Source: Candidatus Bathyarchaeota archaeon (lineage in GTDB: Archaea; Thermoproteota; Bathyarchaeia; Bathyarchaeales; Bathycorpusculaceae). Taken from it: a stretch of DNA of 64,000 nucleotides. Location of the stretch: positions 1,056,001-1,120,000 of the forward strand of contig OY969706.1 in the NCBI GenBank assembly GCA_963702095.1. Direction: 5' to 3'. Made by a program: the position numbers and the translations under genes. The notes under the pieces are model-generated. The model made no database searches, was not told the origin of the DNA, and saw only the letters and a list, made by a program, of their open reading frames with translations. Shown one piece after another: positions 51,299-61,109 of this stretch; the first letter of the stretch is position 1; each line of letters starts with the position of its first letter.

Positions 51299-52216
51299 CT
51301 AAGGTACACTCCCCAAGCGTTCTTTCGCCCTAAAAATCTCCGAGCGAATTCCCTGACAGATACGTTGCATGCCCAAGCTTGACCGTTGTACCATCTGAGA
51401 AGGCAACAACCGCTCAAGGATAGCGATATGCTCAGAAAGAGGAATCATAACAGGAGGGTTCGTTAGCAATCCTCCACCGGGCAACTTCTTTCGCAGTTCC
51501 TCGATGGTTTTGTTAGCAGTAGACAGCTGGTTTTTTGCCTCATCGCAGGTATTCTCAGCGGTCTTGCATTTGCTCTCTGTGTCAGATAATTTTGTGTTAG
51601 CTTCAAAAATCTGTAACTTGAGGTTCTCAATTGTTTCCGTGTTCTGTCCGTTTACTTTTGCAGCGACCTTTTCAGCGATTAAATTCAAGTCTTTCTCTGC
51701 CAATTGTACAGGATTCTTACCCGTTGCAAGATGCTCTAGTACCTGAACGTTAGTTTCAGGCACACCTGGAACGGCAACAAGCGATAACTCAGGATTGAAC
51801 AAGCCGTGCGGAACTTTGGCGTCCACTACATCAAGCGTGTTGTAGTCAGCGCCGACACTAACGTGCTGAACGAGTCCATTTCTAATTTTATCAGCGGTGG
51901 CAGCGTCATAAATCTCAGCCTCATAATTTAGACATCGAGCAGCGGCATCGTAGTTGCACTTGGTTACTTTTCCAGCAGCCGAATCAACAGCCACATGCTC
52001 GATATAGACAGGGGCATCAACCAGCTTGTCAGCAAAAGCTCGGAGTTCTTCAGGCGTATAAACGTTAAAGTTCCTAGACATTCCAGCGGCCAATGCAACT
52101 CCGCCGATTCGTAATGGCTTCTCTGCTACTGCTTCAAGGACTTTGAAGGGAAGAACCGAAGATACATGCTCCCGAACATGCTTACACTCTTTACAGCCAG
52201 AGCCACACTGAGACAT
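51299..52216 (-). CDS. Prohead protease with coiled-coil scaffold
   Basis: SRNFNVYTPEEL, PVYIEH, VSVG, ELSLVAVPG; C-terminal coiled coil. Confidence 0.85.
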   Translation of the reverse strand: MSQCGSGCKECKHVREHVSSVLPFKVLEAVAEKPLRIGGVALAAGMSRNFNVYTPEELRAFADKLVDAPVYIEHVAVDSAAGKVTKCNYDAAARCLNYEAEIYDAATADKIRNGLVQHVSVGADYNTLDVVDAKVPHGLFNPELSLVAVPGVPETNVQVLEHLATGKNPVQLAEKDLNLIAEKVAAKVNGQNTETIENLKLQIFEANTKLSDTESKCKTAENTCDEAKNQLSTANKTIEELRKKLPGGGLLTNPPVMIPLSEHIAILERLLPSQMVQRSSLGMQRICQGIRSEIFRAKERLGSVP

Positions 52217-52593
52217 ACCTAAATCGCCAAGAAAACAATTCTGCGGTTAAGCATTAATGGCTTGAGAGCCTAAACAGGATAATATCGCAAACAGGACATA
52301 CACGGCTACTTGGACATAGCACATCGTTTAGCTTTTTTAGCTCTGGGAAATCATTTCGCAACAGGATTAACTGTGAACAATTTGGTAAGTTCCTCCGCAG
52401 TTAGACTTCCTTCGATTAATTTTTGTAAAACCCTTCTCGTAATTCGCCTTGTAGAGCAGGTCATTATTGATCTCGCTGGCTTCTGTCAGGTATGAGGGAT
52501 TTTTCTTACAGTTAATGACAAGGAGAACCATTAAGGCAAAATCTAAATACACTAATTAAACAATCAAGAATACCAGTTCTGGGATAGAAAATT

Positions 52594-53734
52594 ATGAAGT
52601 CAAAAAAACAAGTGATTTACGGGATAATAGTAGCATTCATTGTTCCTACCTTACTGGTTTTTGTCTCATGGGCTATAGGAGCGGTTCATGATGTGATGTT
52701 TGTTATTGATGAAGTTATTGCCGCTACGGCAGCATCGTTGGTGTTTGCGGGACTTGTTATATGTGTTCATGGTGTGATAGGAAAAGAAGGAATTATAGAA
52801 GCAAGAGACATATTGAAACTCCCTAAAGCTAAACAAGCTAGTTGGATACAAAGACATAGAATTTTTGTTAAGAAAGATAAGAAGGCAGACTTTTGGTTAA
52901 TGATTTTTCTACTAGCGGTTTTCGGTTCTATCGCTATCCTGATTGCTACAACTTTTCCAGTAGTGCCCTCTTCAACAAACGCAGTTCTCATATCTAATGT
53001 TACTAAAGGAACCATGATTGCTTTTGGTGCAGGAATCCTGATCACTTGTATACTGCTTTCAGGGAATGAATTATACAACATATGGGATTCCAAACAAAAA
53101 ATCATTTACGAACAAAAAAAGGCTCTTTTAACCATAATTACTGACTTTGATAATTCATTTCGAGAATTAAAGCAAACTACTCAACAGAAAACGAAGGAAA
53201 GACTACTAGATGACTTTCAAAATAATCTTAGAAATCTATGTTACGATTACCCGTGGGATGAAAAAAAACGAGACAGAATAGTAGATGTATTAAACTACAT
53301 ACCGTCTAGACTCGCAAACGACCCTAACGTCGGGTCTTATCTGCTCTTTCTTGGATTTATAATTCATCGAGACAGCAAGTATACTATAAAACTAGTAAAA
53401 GAGAAGTTCTCAGTAGAATTGGAGAACTTGTATAATGACCAACGATTTGAAACTAACCCAAAACCTATACTTTTACTTCAAGAACTAAACGAGCATTCAG
53501 AAGTATATATGATGAAACTGATTGACGAGACAAGTTCAATTTCTAAATGGAGCGACCAGCGATTTCAAGCTTTAGGCAGTAACATTGAACTATGGGAACT
53601 AAAGACCAAAAACATAGAAGCCCATTCTAGAAGTTTCAGATTATATACTCAGAAAAATGGATGATGCAGCACGAAGTAATGATGATACAGTTTTCAAAAG
53701 ACTTGATTTCCTTAAAGCAGTAACAAAGAGGTAA
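52594..53734 (+). CDS. Membrane protein with 4 TM helices and a helical C-terminal domain (possible frameshift near 53625)
   Basis: Hydrophobic segments; ORF stops at 53664 but an alternative frame runs to 53734. Confidence 0.6.
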
Positions 53735-53756
53735 AGAAGAATCAGAGGTTTTATCG

Positions 53757-54257
53757 TTGCAGAAACCGTTGCACATTGAACTCATAGCTACAGATGGTGC
53801 AGTACAAAAAAGGGTACTGTGGGCACATTCCGCACCTAACGGTGTATATTGTGGTATGTGTAGCAACGGTCAAGATTTTCATGTTACTTACCATGCGGAC
53901 GGGAATGTGTTTAATAATTTTGGCGGCAAAACAACAAAGACTTTTACAGGAAAATCCTTTAAAGAGTTTACAGGGTATCAACAACTATTATGTTCTGGCG
54001 TTACCAATAACTTGTCTCATGGGTTCTATCCTTCATATACGCTAAAGAAACTAGACGCTATTGTAAACATTGATGTACGAAATTACAAAAAAGGCGCTGG
54101 TTGCATGTTGTTTATGGTAGAGCCAACTTTTACTGCACTATCAGAATTAGTTAGGCATTTTCAAACTGGGAACCAACCACATATAACGGAAGTTCACTCA
54201 TTTATGGAATGTAATCCTTGGTTAGCTATTTTTGTATATGGCGATGTTTACGGTTAG
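53757..54257 (+). CDS. Hypothetical protein
   Basis: 166-aa ORF with HVTYHADG. Confidence 0.6.
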   Translation: MQKPLHIELIATDGAVQKRVLWAHSAPNGVYCGMCSNGQDFHVTYHADGNVFNNFGGKTTKTFTGKSFKEFTGYQQLLCSGVTNNLSHGFYPSYTLKKLDAIVNIDVRNYKKGAGCMLFMVEPTFTALSELVRHFQTGNQPHITEVHSFMECNPWLAIFVYGDVYG

Positions 54258-54391
54258 ATTTACAGGGTGTCCTTCTCCTCAAAGGCATCAAATTCTTTAA
54301 TTCTAATAAAAAACGACATCGTTCGAATCGGGTAAGACAACCACCAAGGCGCAGAGAAATGTTATATTCTTAGCACTTGCAATAGAACACT

Positions 54392-55072
54392 ATGGGTAAA
54401 AAGAGTAGGCTAGACGCTTTAGATAATATTACTCTTGCATTGTTTGGCGCTTCATTGGCTATCCCAGCGTTGATAGGCTACTATGGATTAGATGTCCGAT
54501 TAATGGTAATTCCCAGTTTATGCTATGGCTTTTGGATTCTAATCATTGGCTACGCCAAACCTAAAGTGTCATTTGATGGTCAGCCTGACCGTGCGCTGGT
54601 TGAGCGTATCCGTGGCTGGGCATATGTTTTGGGCTTTCCTGTGTGTTCGGTAACGAATTTCATCTTCATCTTTGTGCTTCCGCATACACTCGACTACTTC
54701 CTTTTTGGAATCGTAACTGGAAGCGCTGCATTGTTCCTATGTGTTAGCATTGTCCAAGCAATCTTCAGAAAAGATATCGCTAACATGGACGTTGAGCAAC
54801 ACGGCTTGCTTTTAAGCATGCTGAGTTGGGTTGGAGCATCAATCATTTTCGTTTCTGTAGGGTTACCCTATCCTACGATTATGACAACCTGGACGAGTTA
54901 CCCTCTTGCGATGGTAGTAGCTTATTCGGTGACAGCTGTGATTATGTTTTGTTTCAGCTTTGACAGATATAAGAAGTCATCTAAGCTGTGTAAGCAACTT
55001 GCGGATTCAATGAGGGAAAGCAGATTGTCCAAGAAGAAGCAAAAGACGGAATCAGTCGAGAAAAACATGTGA
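54392..55072 (+). CDS. Multi-pass membrane protein
   Basis: About 6 hydrophobic helices. Confidence 0.7.
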   Translation: MGKKSRLDALDNITLALFGASLAIPALIGYYGLDVRLMVIPSLCYGFWILIIGYAKPKVSFDGQPDRALVERIRGWAYVLGFPVCSVTNFIFIFVLPHTLDYFLFGIVTGSAALFLCVSIVQAIFRKDIANMDVEQHGLLLSMLSWVGASIIFVSVGLPYPTIMTTWTSYPLAMVVAYSVTAVIMFCFSFDRYKKSSKLCKQLADSMRESRLSKKKQKTESVEKNM

Positions 55073-55130
55073 AAAAGTACACAGGATATTCACTTTGAAT
55101 AAAGGAATATCACTTTCTTCTCTTATTATT

Positions 55131-55805
55131 CTAAACCCAGTTTTGTTCTTTTTCGGGGTGCGCTAAAACCCAATTATATTTGTCGATGAATGTCGTGGCT
55201 GTTTTAGGCGCATATTTCTGCTCTAACTGCCTTAATGTCGGTTGTAGTTGTCTCATTCTCTCTTGCATCTCCACCAAGAATAAGAAGTAATCGTTTCCAT
55301 CACCATTTTTGTTAAACTTTTTCCTGATGTCTACATCCCACATAATAAAAAAATTGGGGCAGCAAAGATGTAATATTTTAGAAGCTGTTGTTGGACCCGC
55401 ACGTTTAGGTTTTCCTTTATTGCTACTAAAGCTCGTCATTGCCATATCGTTGAAAAGCTCTGTTATTTGAGTTTTGAGAGCTTTCAGATTATCAGCATTC
55501 TCTATGTTTAAGGTTCTAAAGGGCGCAAGCTTTGCACTAAATTGAGCATCTTTTAGTTTTTCATAAACTGCCTCTAATCCTGAATAACCAAGATGCCTCT
55601 GCATTACTCCCCATACTAGAAGGAAAGCAACCAAAATTCTTTCTCTATAGAGGTCGTTGAGGTCTTTCAGGTCAATTTTACTGAATTCAGCAATGCATGC
55701 TTGGTAAATTAGGTCAGTAATTCCCCATCGAGCTTCCACGTCTTCGATAACCTTAGAGAACTCTTCTTCTTTTATACTGTTATCCGCCAGCTTAGCAACC
55801 TCCAA
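55131..55805 (-). CDS. HhH DNA-glycosylase-fold protein
   Basis: FL..WG and GPTTASKILHLCCPNFFIMWD..IR motif. Confidence 0.6.
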   Translation of the reverse strand: MEVAKLADNSIKEEEFSKVIEDVEARWGITDLIYQACIAEFSKIDLKDLNDLYRERILVAFLLVWGVMQRHLGYSGLEAVYEKLKDAQFSAKLAPFRTLNIENADNLKALKTQITELFNDMAMTSFSSNKGKPKRAGPTTASKILHLCCPNFFIMWDVDIRKKFNKNGDGNDYFLFLVEMQERMRQLQPTLRQLEQKYAPKTATTFIDKYNWVLAHPEKEQNWV

Positions 55806-55808
55806 TTA

Positions 55809-56315
55809 TTATGTATGAAGCGTAAATCTGATCAACCAATCAATTACCTGAAAAATAGCAATTACCGCCAACGATGCAACCGCAACGAAAAAGGCATTTC
55901 GTAATTCTTTTTCTTCAGGGCTTTTTGAGCGCATTGCAAACAATGGCTGGATCAATGGCTGATTACCATAGATAGGAAATGGATATAGTTTATTACCTCC
56001 TTCATTGAGGACTTCTACTTGCCCGCCCTTAGTAGCCACAGCACCAACTACCGTAAACCAAGTGTAGCCTGACATAAGAGGGGCTTGGCTGTATGGAATT
56101 GTTGCTTCAGACTTTGGGGCTAAATTTTGAATGTTTAATGGCTGATACACATTTTGGTTAAGTTGACTCCACGAGAGCATAATTTGAATAAAACCATCAA
56201 ATGTTGCGGAGCCAAGATTTTTCACTTTGTAGGCATACTTAGCTGTTTTGCCGACGACTGCTTCTTTGGGTGCTTGAACAACAACCTCGAGCTTATACGT
56301 TGCGTTTGCTGTCAT
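55809..56315 (-). CDS. Ig-like (CARDB-like) protein with C-terminal TM anchor
   Basis: YKVKNLG, LAPKSE; terminal hydrophobic helix. Confidence 0.6.
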   Translation of the reverse strand: MTANATYKLEVVVQAPKEAVVGKTAKYAYKVKNLGSATFDGFIQIMLSWSQLNQNVYQPLNIQNLAPKSEATIPYSQAPLMSGYTWFTVVGAVATKGGQVEVLNEGGNKLYPFPIYGNQPLIQPLFAMRSKSPEEKELRNAFFVAVASLAVIAIFQVIDWLIRFTLHT

Positions 56316-56385
56316 ATCTGTCCCCCGGCCATTTTTTGTTGTTACCGCTAATAAGGTTTTTCAACGATTATGGGGTTTGCTTTGT

Positions 56386-56598
56386 CTATTTGGTACTTCT
56401 TGTATTCAAGTTGTTCGAAGTATTAAGAACGTCAATAAATTCTAAATCAGCCCTTGCACGCTCGATTTTCTTTAAAGCATTCCGTCTAGAACGAGTTACA
56501 TTGGGTGTTTCTACTTTCAGCTTATGTGCAATTCGATAGTCGCTTAGGCCCTCACTATGCAACCGTAGAATCTGCCGTTCACGCTCAGTCAACGCCAT
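56386..56598 (-). CDS. LuxR/Tfx-type HTH regulator
   Basis: LTERERQILRLHSEGLSDYRIAHKL...RNALKKI. Confidence 0.85.
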   Translation of the reverse strand: MALTERERQILRLHSEGLSDYRIAHKLKVETPNVTRSRRNALKKIERARADLEFIDVLNTSNNLNTRSTK

Positions 56599-56600
56599 AT

Positions 56601-57167
56601 CTAATTCGTTCCATCAGGCTCTTCGGAGTAATCATTCAGAACCACGCCTTGGGCTAGCAAGTCCTTCTCTGATGCTTTGTAGGCGTCTACGCCGAAGCTT
56701 GTCATAGCCCAGCACCAACCCCGCCGCTCAACAACCGCCGAGTCCAGCTCCTGAGATAACCGTTTATTCATGCGAATAATCCGTCGAGTCACTTGATAAC
56801 GAGCAACCTTGAACTCAGCCAATTTAGCAGCTATGTCTTTAGGCAGTAATCCGGGAGCGCCTGCTTCAAACAGCAACTGAAGAATAGCCTTGTCAACCTC
56901 GTCACAGCAAGCGGCTTCTTCAATTAGTGACTTCTCAAAATACAAAGAATCCTTTAAGCCAGCAAAGATAACCTTAAGCAAGAGTTTTATTTCGGCGACG
57001 TCACGGTCGAGTTTCTTGTCCTTGGCAAACAGGTACTTGAGTTTTCCAACTTTGTCAGCTTGGCTACGCTTCCTTTTATCTGCTTTTTGGGCTGAAAATG
57101 TCGTGTTTTGAACAGGGTCATCGCTGGCTTCCATGTCAAAAGGCACACTCCACGGTTTTCGCTCCAT
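56601..57167 (-). CDS. wHTH-containing protein
   Basis: DEVDKAILQLL...DIAAKL...VTRRI; ATGA overlap with the next gene. Confidence 0.65.
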   Translation of the reverse strand: MERKPWSVPFDMEASDDPVQNTTFSAQKADKRKRSQADKVGKLKYLFAKDKKLDRDVAEIKLLLKVIFAGLKDSLYFEKSLIEEAACCDEVDKAILQLLFEAGAPGLLPKDIAAKLAEFKVARYQVTRRIIRMNKRLSQELDSAVVERRGWCWAMTSFGVDAYKASEKDLLAQGVVLNDYSEEPDGTN

Positions 57168-57316
57168 GAACGCATGTGACTTTTAGCGTTGGGCAATCTA
57201 CTCTAAGCAACCGTAGAAAAGCAACTTCCCAAAAGCATGGACTTTTCCCATGCCCTCGCCATACCGCTAAAAGTACTTTTGAACAGGTTTTAACAGCCAA
57301 AAACCTGAAACTACCG

Positions 57317-58273
57317 CTAAGAAACATAGCTTTTACCTCCCTCTCCCCCGGTCTTTGTTACCTCTTGGGGAGCTCCTTCTAAATTTCCTACAAGCCGCCC
57401 CAAAGCATCCGCAACCTTAGCCAAGTCGCAACCCATCTTCTCCAACTTTGCAAGACTACCTGAAATCCGCTCCAAATCACCAAGAGCAGTTTCCACTTGA
57501 CCTTCCAATTTCTTAACCCGCTCAGGCATCAACAAATACTCGACGGCTGCGTCACGGCCAAGATGGTCCAGTTCTCCTTCGTCTTCGCCGGGGCTGTCAT
57601 CAATCAACCGCTTTGGAGTGCTTACCTCAAAATAGCGGTTTAACAGGTTGGCTACTGGGTCGTCGATGCCAAGTTCATGGCGGTTGTTGATTGTTCCCTG
57701 CCCTAAAACGCAGCCATACTTGCTCATTAGGCCCTGAGCGACGCGGTCAGCCAAGTTCTTAGCTAAAGTCACAAGCTCCCCGGGACTTCGACCATAGAAA
57801 GTCTCTACATGGACAATCCAAGACGTCGTCGTATGCCTCACCTTAACACCCTGCTCCAGCCCCAAAAGCGCGGTCCAATTCTGCATCTCAATCCGCCGAA
57901 AATCGCCCGAAGGATAAACCCCCTCACGTAACACTGGATACTTGAAAAAACACCGATGCAACCGAAACACGCCGCTGCTGAAGAGGACTCCCTCACAGGA
58001 TATGAGAAAGTTTTGACCTCGCTCTGTTAGCTCAAAATCGACGAAGTTGCTGCGCTTTAATCTGCGGATTAAGCCTGCCTTTTCAAGCTTTTTAACATAG
58101 TAAGCGACATGCTGGCGCTTCCATCCACGGACGCGCCCTATTTTGGCTGGGTACATTTTGACTTCTATGCCTTTGAGTATGGGTATGACACGGGCGCGAA
58201 CGGTATTGAAGTCAAATTTGACTTTTGACTTTGAAAGCGCAAAATTTTGACTTCTATCTGGTTGGGCAGTCAA
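57317..58273 (-). CDS. wHTH plus unknown domain plus coiled coil; candidate replication initiator
   Basis: HVAYYVKKLEKAGLI..ELTERG; RLH..FKY, IDDSPG..GELD; first gene inside the att site. Confidence 0.55.
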   Translation of the reverse strand: MTAQPDRSQNFALSKSKVKFDFNTVRARVIPILKGIEVKMYPAKIGRVRGWKRQHVAYYVKKLEKAGLIRRLKRSNFVDFELTERGQNFLISCEGVLFSSGVFRLHRCFFKYPVLREGVYPSGDFRRIEMQNWTALLGLEQGVKVRHTTTSWIVHVETFYGRSPGELVTLAKNLADRVAQGLMSKYGCVLGQGTINNRHELGIDDPVANLLNRYFEVSTPKRLIDDSPGEDEGELDHLGRDAAVEYLLMPERVKKLEGQVETALGDLERISGSLAKLEKMGCDLAKVADALGRLVGNLEGAPQEVTKTGGEGGKSYVS

Positions 58274-58503
58274 AAGCTTTAGCGCCTCCTGGATTCCTTA
58301 AAGTTGTCGCAGGCGTCAGAGGAAGCCACACGGCCTATTGATCGTCTGCCCCTCATGGACGGTTCAGAGCAGCGCCCGCACCAAAAAACGCAGTCCATAC
58401 AATAGTGAACTGTCGCGCTATGCGTAGAAGCAGTGTAGAGCGTACGCTGAGGGAAAAAAGAAGAGAGAAAAGAAAAAAGGCTAGTACTCTTTCGTGTAAA
58501 TGT

Positions 58504-58518
58504 TGGCGGGTCCGACGG
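58504..58518. repeat. Attachment-site core within tRNA-Lys
   Basis: Identical to 10541-10555. Confidence 0.85.
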
Positions 58519-58581
58519 GAGTTGAACCCGCGACCCTCGGATTAAAAGTCCGATGCTCTAGCCTGACTGAGCTACGGACCC
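58504..58581 (-). tRNA. trnK: tRNA-Lys(UUU), no intron, CCA encoded
   Basis: GGGTCCG acceptor stem, TCGGA-CTTTTAA-TCCGA anticodon arm, GGTTCAACTCC T-arm, ends CGGACCCGCCA. Confidence 0.97.
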
Positions 58582-58678
58582 GCGCTCATTTTTGTTGCGG
58601 CTGATAGAACAATACAAAGGGGTTTTTTAGTATTTCGATTGTGAGGGCGCAAAAGGTGAGTGGTTGAGGGTTTTTTAC

Positions 58679-59038
58679 TTAAGCCCTGAGTATGGTTGCC
58701 ATGAAGCTTCTGATTTTTTCGTGTGAACTAAGGATGGTTTCGATTGTTTTGGCGCCTTTGTCGGTTAGTTTGTAGACGCGTTTGCGTTCAATCCAGATGC
58801 CTTCGACTAGGCCGTTTCGCTCCAGCGAGTAGAGTAGGGAGTAGACTGTGCCAGAGCTGACGAGGTAGTGGAATTTGGTGTGGATGAAGCTTATGACGTC
58901 GTAGCCGCTGATGGGTCCGTTTCTGAGTTCAGCCATTATGATGGTGTCTAGGAAGCTTTTGATTACGCGTTCGTTCATTTTTTTGATTATTCGGGCTTCA
59001 GATTTTTCCCCGTTTACCGTTATTGTTAGTGCTACCAT
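58679..59038 (-). CDS. PadR family regulator
   Basis: GPISGYDV...SGTVYSLLYSLERNG...RVYKLTDKG. Confidence 0.93.
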   Translation of the reverse strand: MVALTITVNGEKSEARIIKKMNERVIKSFLDTIIMAELRNGPISGYDVISFIHTKFHYLVSSGTVYSLLYSLERNGLVEGIWIERKRVYKLTDKGAKTIETILSSHEKIRSFMATILRA

Positions 59039-59440
59039 GTTTACACGATCCCGTTTTCTCTATTCGTGTTTAGATATATAAGTTTTATTCGAATTTAGAA
59101 TAGAATGTTATTACATAACCGAAAATGTTTAAACAAACTAGCTGCCTCCAAGTAACCGCTCAACCAGCAACCCCACAAAAAACTCCCAAAACGCAAACAC
59201 ATACGCCTAATTACTGCCCAGTAGCAGCGCATAAACTTGACAAAAACATGTCAGCGCCAACCCAAAAACTCAATAAAAATTACCGCAAAAATATACAAAA
59301 AAGCCCCACCCAACCACCAGTTTATACTGCAAAACCGCAGTTTTTTAGCGGTTCCAATCGATTTTAATAGTGACCGATATATGTGCATGTTAACAAACGT
59401 TATCTTGCATTTTGACCCTAAATTCCTCGGTGTTAAATAA

Positions 59441-61081
59441 TTGATTTCATGGAAATACACGTTTAAACGTATAAACGAAGAATACGAAATCGCCACGAAG
59501 AAGAAGCAGGCCCTAGAGAACCTGTGCGCTTCAGGCAGGATTTCACAAGCAACCCACGACTCATTCACAAGCGACATCGTCAAAGCCATAACCGAGCTTG
59601 AAAATCAACGCAAAGAACTCGGCGAGAAAATGCAGGCAAAAACCCTCGAACTTGAAGGGCAACTTAAAACACTCGAAATGTTGCTTGCCAACTACGAAAT
59701 CCAGCATGTCGTAGGCGAAATCGATGACGAAATTTATACCCGAGAAATTAATCTTCTCGCAAGTACCCTTGAAACAACCAAGAATGAATTAGGCACAATC
59801 AAAGAGGCGGCTAGTCAACTTTTTTCTTCCCCCAAACCAATAGAGGCTCCAGTAGCGGTTAAACCAGTCGCTGAAGCTGCGCCCATACCATCAATTCCCG
59901 TTGAAGTTCCAGTTGAAACTGCCACAATCGAACCCGCAATCGTGGAAACAGTGACAGCTGCCGAACCTACATCAGTTGAAACAGCGCCAGCCGAAGCACC
60001 AGTCGAACCTGCTCCAGTTGAAGTAGCATCGATAGAAGTTGCATCTATTGAGGCTCCAGTTGAGATAGCTCCAGTTGTGGAAGCCCCCATTGAACCCTCT
60101 CCAGTTGAAGCTCCAATCGAAACCGTGCCAGTTGAGTGCGCTCCCGCAGAAGTAGCTCCAGTCGAAACTGTCGAAGCAGCCCCAATCGAAGCACCAGCAG
60201 TTGAAGCCCCTCCAGCCCAAGAAACCGTAATTGAAACTCCAGTTGAAGCAGCACCAACAGAAGCCCCCATAGAGATTCCAGTCGAGGCAGTCCCAGTTGT
60301 GGAAGCTCCAATTGAAACCGCTCCAGTTGAAACCCCAGTCGAAACTGCAACAGTTGAAATACCAGCAATCGAAGAAGCCCCTATTGCTGAAGCTCCAATC
60401 ATCGAGTCAGCCCCCATGGATGTGCCAGTTGAAACCGCCCCTGTCGAGGTTGCACCAGTAGAAACAGCGCCAGAGACCGAAGCGCCAGCAGCAATTGAAA
60501 CTCTAGCCGTTGAGACCCCTGTTGTTGAAGCAGCCTCTGCTCCAGCGGAAGAAGCTCCAATCGCCTCTGCCGAGCAAGAAATACAAATTATCACCGAACC
60601 AGCAGTAGAAGCAGTTATCAATGAATCAATCATCGAGGAAGCATCTGCCGCTGAACCAGTAGCCGAAGCAGCCCCAATTGAAGAGCCGATCATGGAAGCA
60701 TCAGTTGAAGAAGACGCTCCAGTTCAGACTTTACTCATCGAGGAAGCTCCAGCAGTTGAAGAAACCCCAATAGAAACCGCAACTCAAGAAATCGTTGACG
60801 CTGCTCCAGCTGAAGTGGTAGATGAGGCCTGTGCAGAACCAGTCGTTGAGGCACCTCTGCAAACATTCGAAGTTACCGAGCATGCCCCAACAGAAATCAC
60901 CCTTGAAAAAGCATTAGAAGACGCAATAATTGTAGAGCAACTTCAACCAGTTATCGTGGAGGAGGTCCACGTGCCAGCCCACCCTACAGAAGCGCCCCCG
61001 CAGGCGCCTTCAGAAGAGACCGCAGAGGCAGACCAATCCCCCCCAGTAGAAGAAAACGACGAAAACACCACAACTGAATAA
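59441..61081 (+). CDS. CdvA-like coiled-coil protein with a long acidic Pro/Ala/Glu/Val-rich tail
   Basis: N-terminal GRISQAT...YEIQHVVGEIDDEIY coiled coil; more than 400 aa of APVE/APIE-type repeats. Confidence 0.7.
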   Translation: MISWKYTFKRINEEYEIATKKKQALENLCASGRISQATHDSFTSDIVKAITELENQRKELGEKMQAKTLELEGQLKTLEMLLANYEIQHVVGEIDDEIYTREINLLASTLETTKNELGTIKEAASQLFSSPKPIEAPVAVKPVAEAAPIPSIPVEVPVETATIEPAIVETVTAAEPTSVETAPAEAPVEPAPVEVASIEVASIEAPVEIAPVVEAPIEPSPVEAPIETVPVECAPAEVAPVETVEAAPIEAPAVEAPPAQETVIETPVEAAPTEAPIEIPVEAVPVVEAPIETAPVETPVETATVEIPAIEEAPIAEAPIIESAPMDVPVETAPVEVAPVETAPETEAPAAIETLAVETPVVEAASAPAEEAPIASAEQEIQIITEPAVEAVINESIIEEASAAEPVAEAAPIEEPIMEASVEEDAPVQTLLIEEAPAVEETPIETATQEIVDAAPAEVVDEACAEPVVEAPLQTFEVTEHAPTEITLEKALEDAIIVEQLQPVIVEEVHVPAHPTEAPPQAPSEETAEADQSPPVEENDENTTTE

Positions 61082-61092
61082 ACCACCCTAAC

Positions 61093-61109
61093 CTTTTCTT
61101 TTTTGTTTT
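61093..61109 (+). terminator. T-rich archaeal terminator
   Basis: cttttcttttttgtttt just after the stop codon. Confidence 0.5.

Larger units (their letters stand above)
10541..58518. mobile_element. ~48-kb integrated provirus (Caudoviricetes-type) at tRNA-Lys with defence and transporter cargo
   Basis: Direct-repeat att cores, tyrosine integrase, terminase, portal, capsid, protease and tail genes. Confidence 0.88.

Noticed and set aside
34399-52216. Gene transfer agent
   Set aside because: Flanked by att repeats with an intact integrase and morons, which fits a provirus better; not formally excluded
59815-60693. 292-aa minus-strand ORF
   Set aside because: Antisense shadow of the repetitive + strand gene
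59840-61000. Repeated ccagttgaa/gctccagt motifs as a CRISPR array
   Set aside because: Degenerate in-frame codon repeats of a low-complexity protein; no constant repeat with unique spacers and no cas genes
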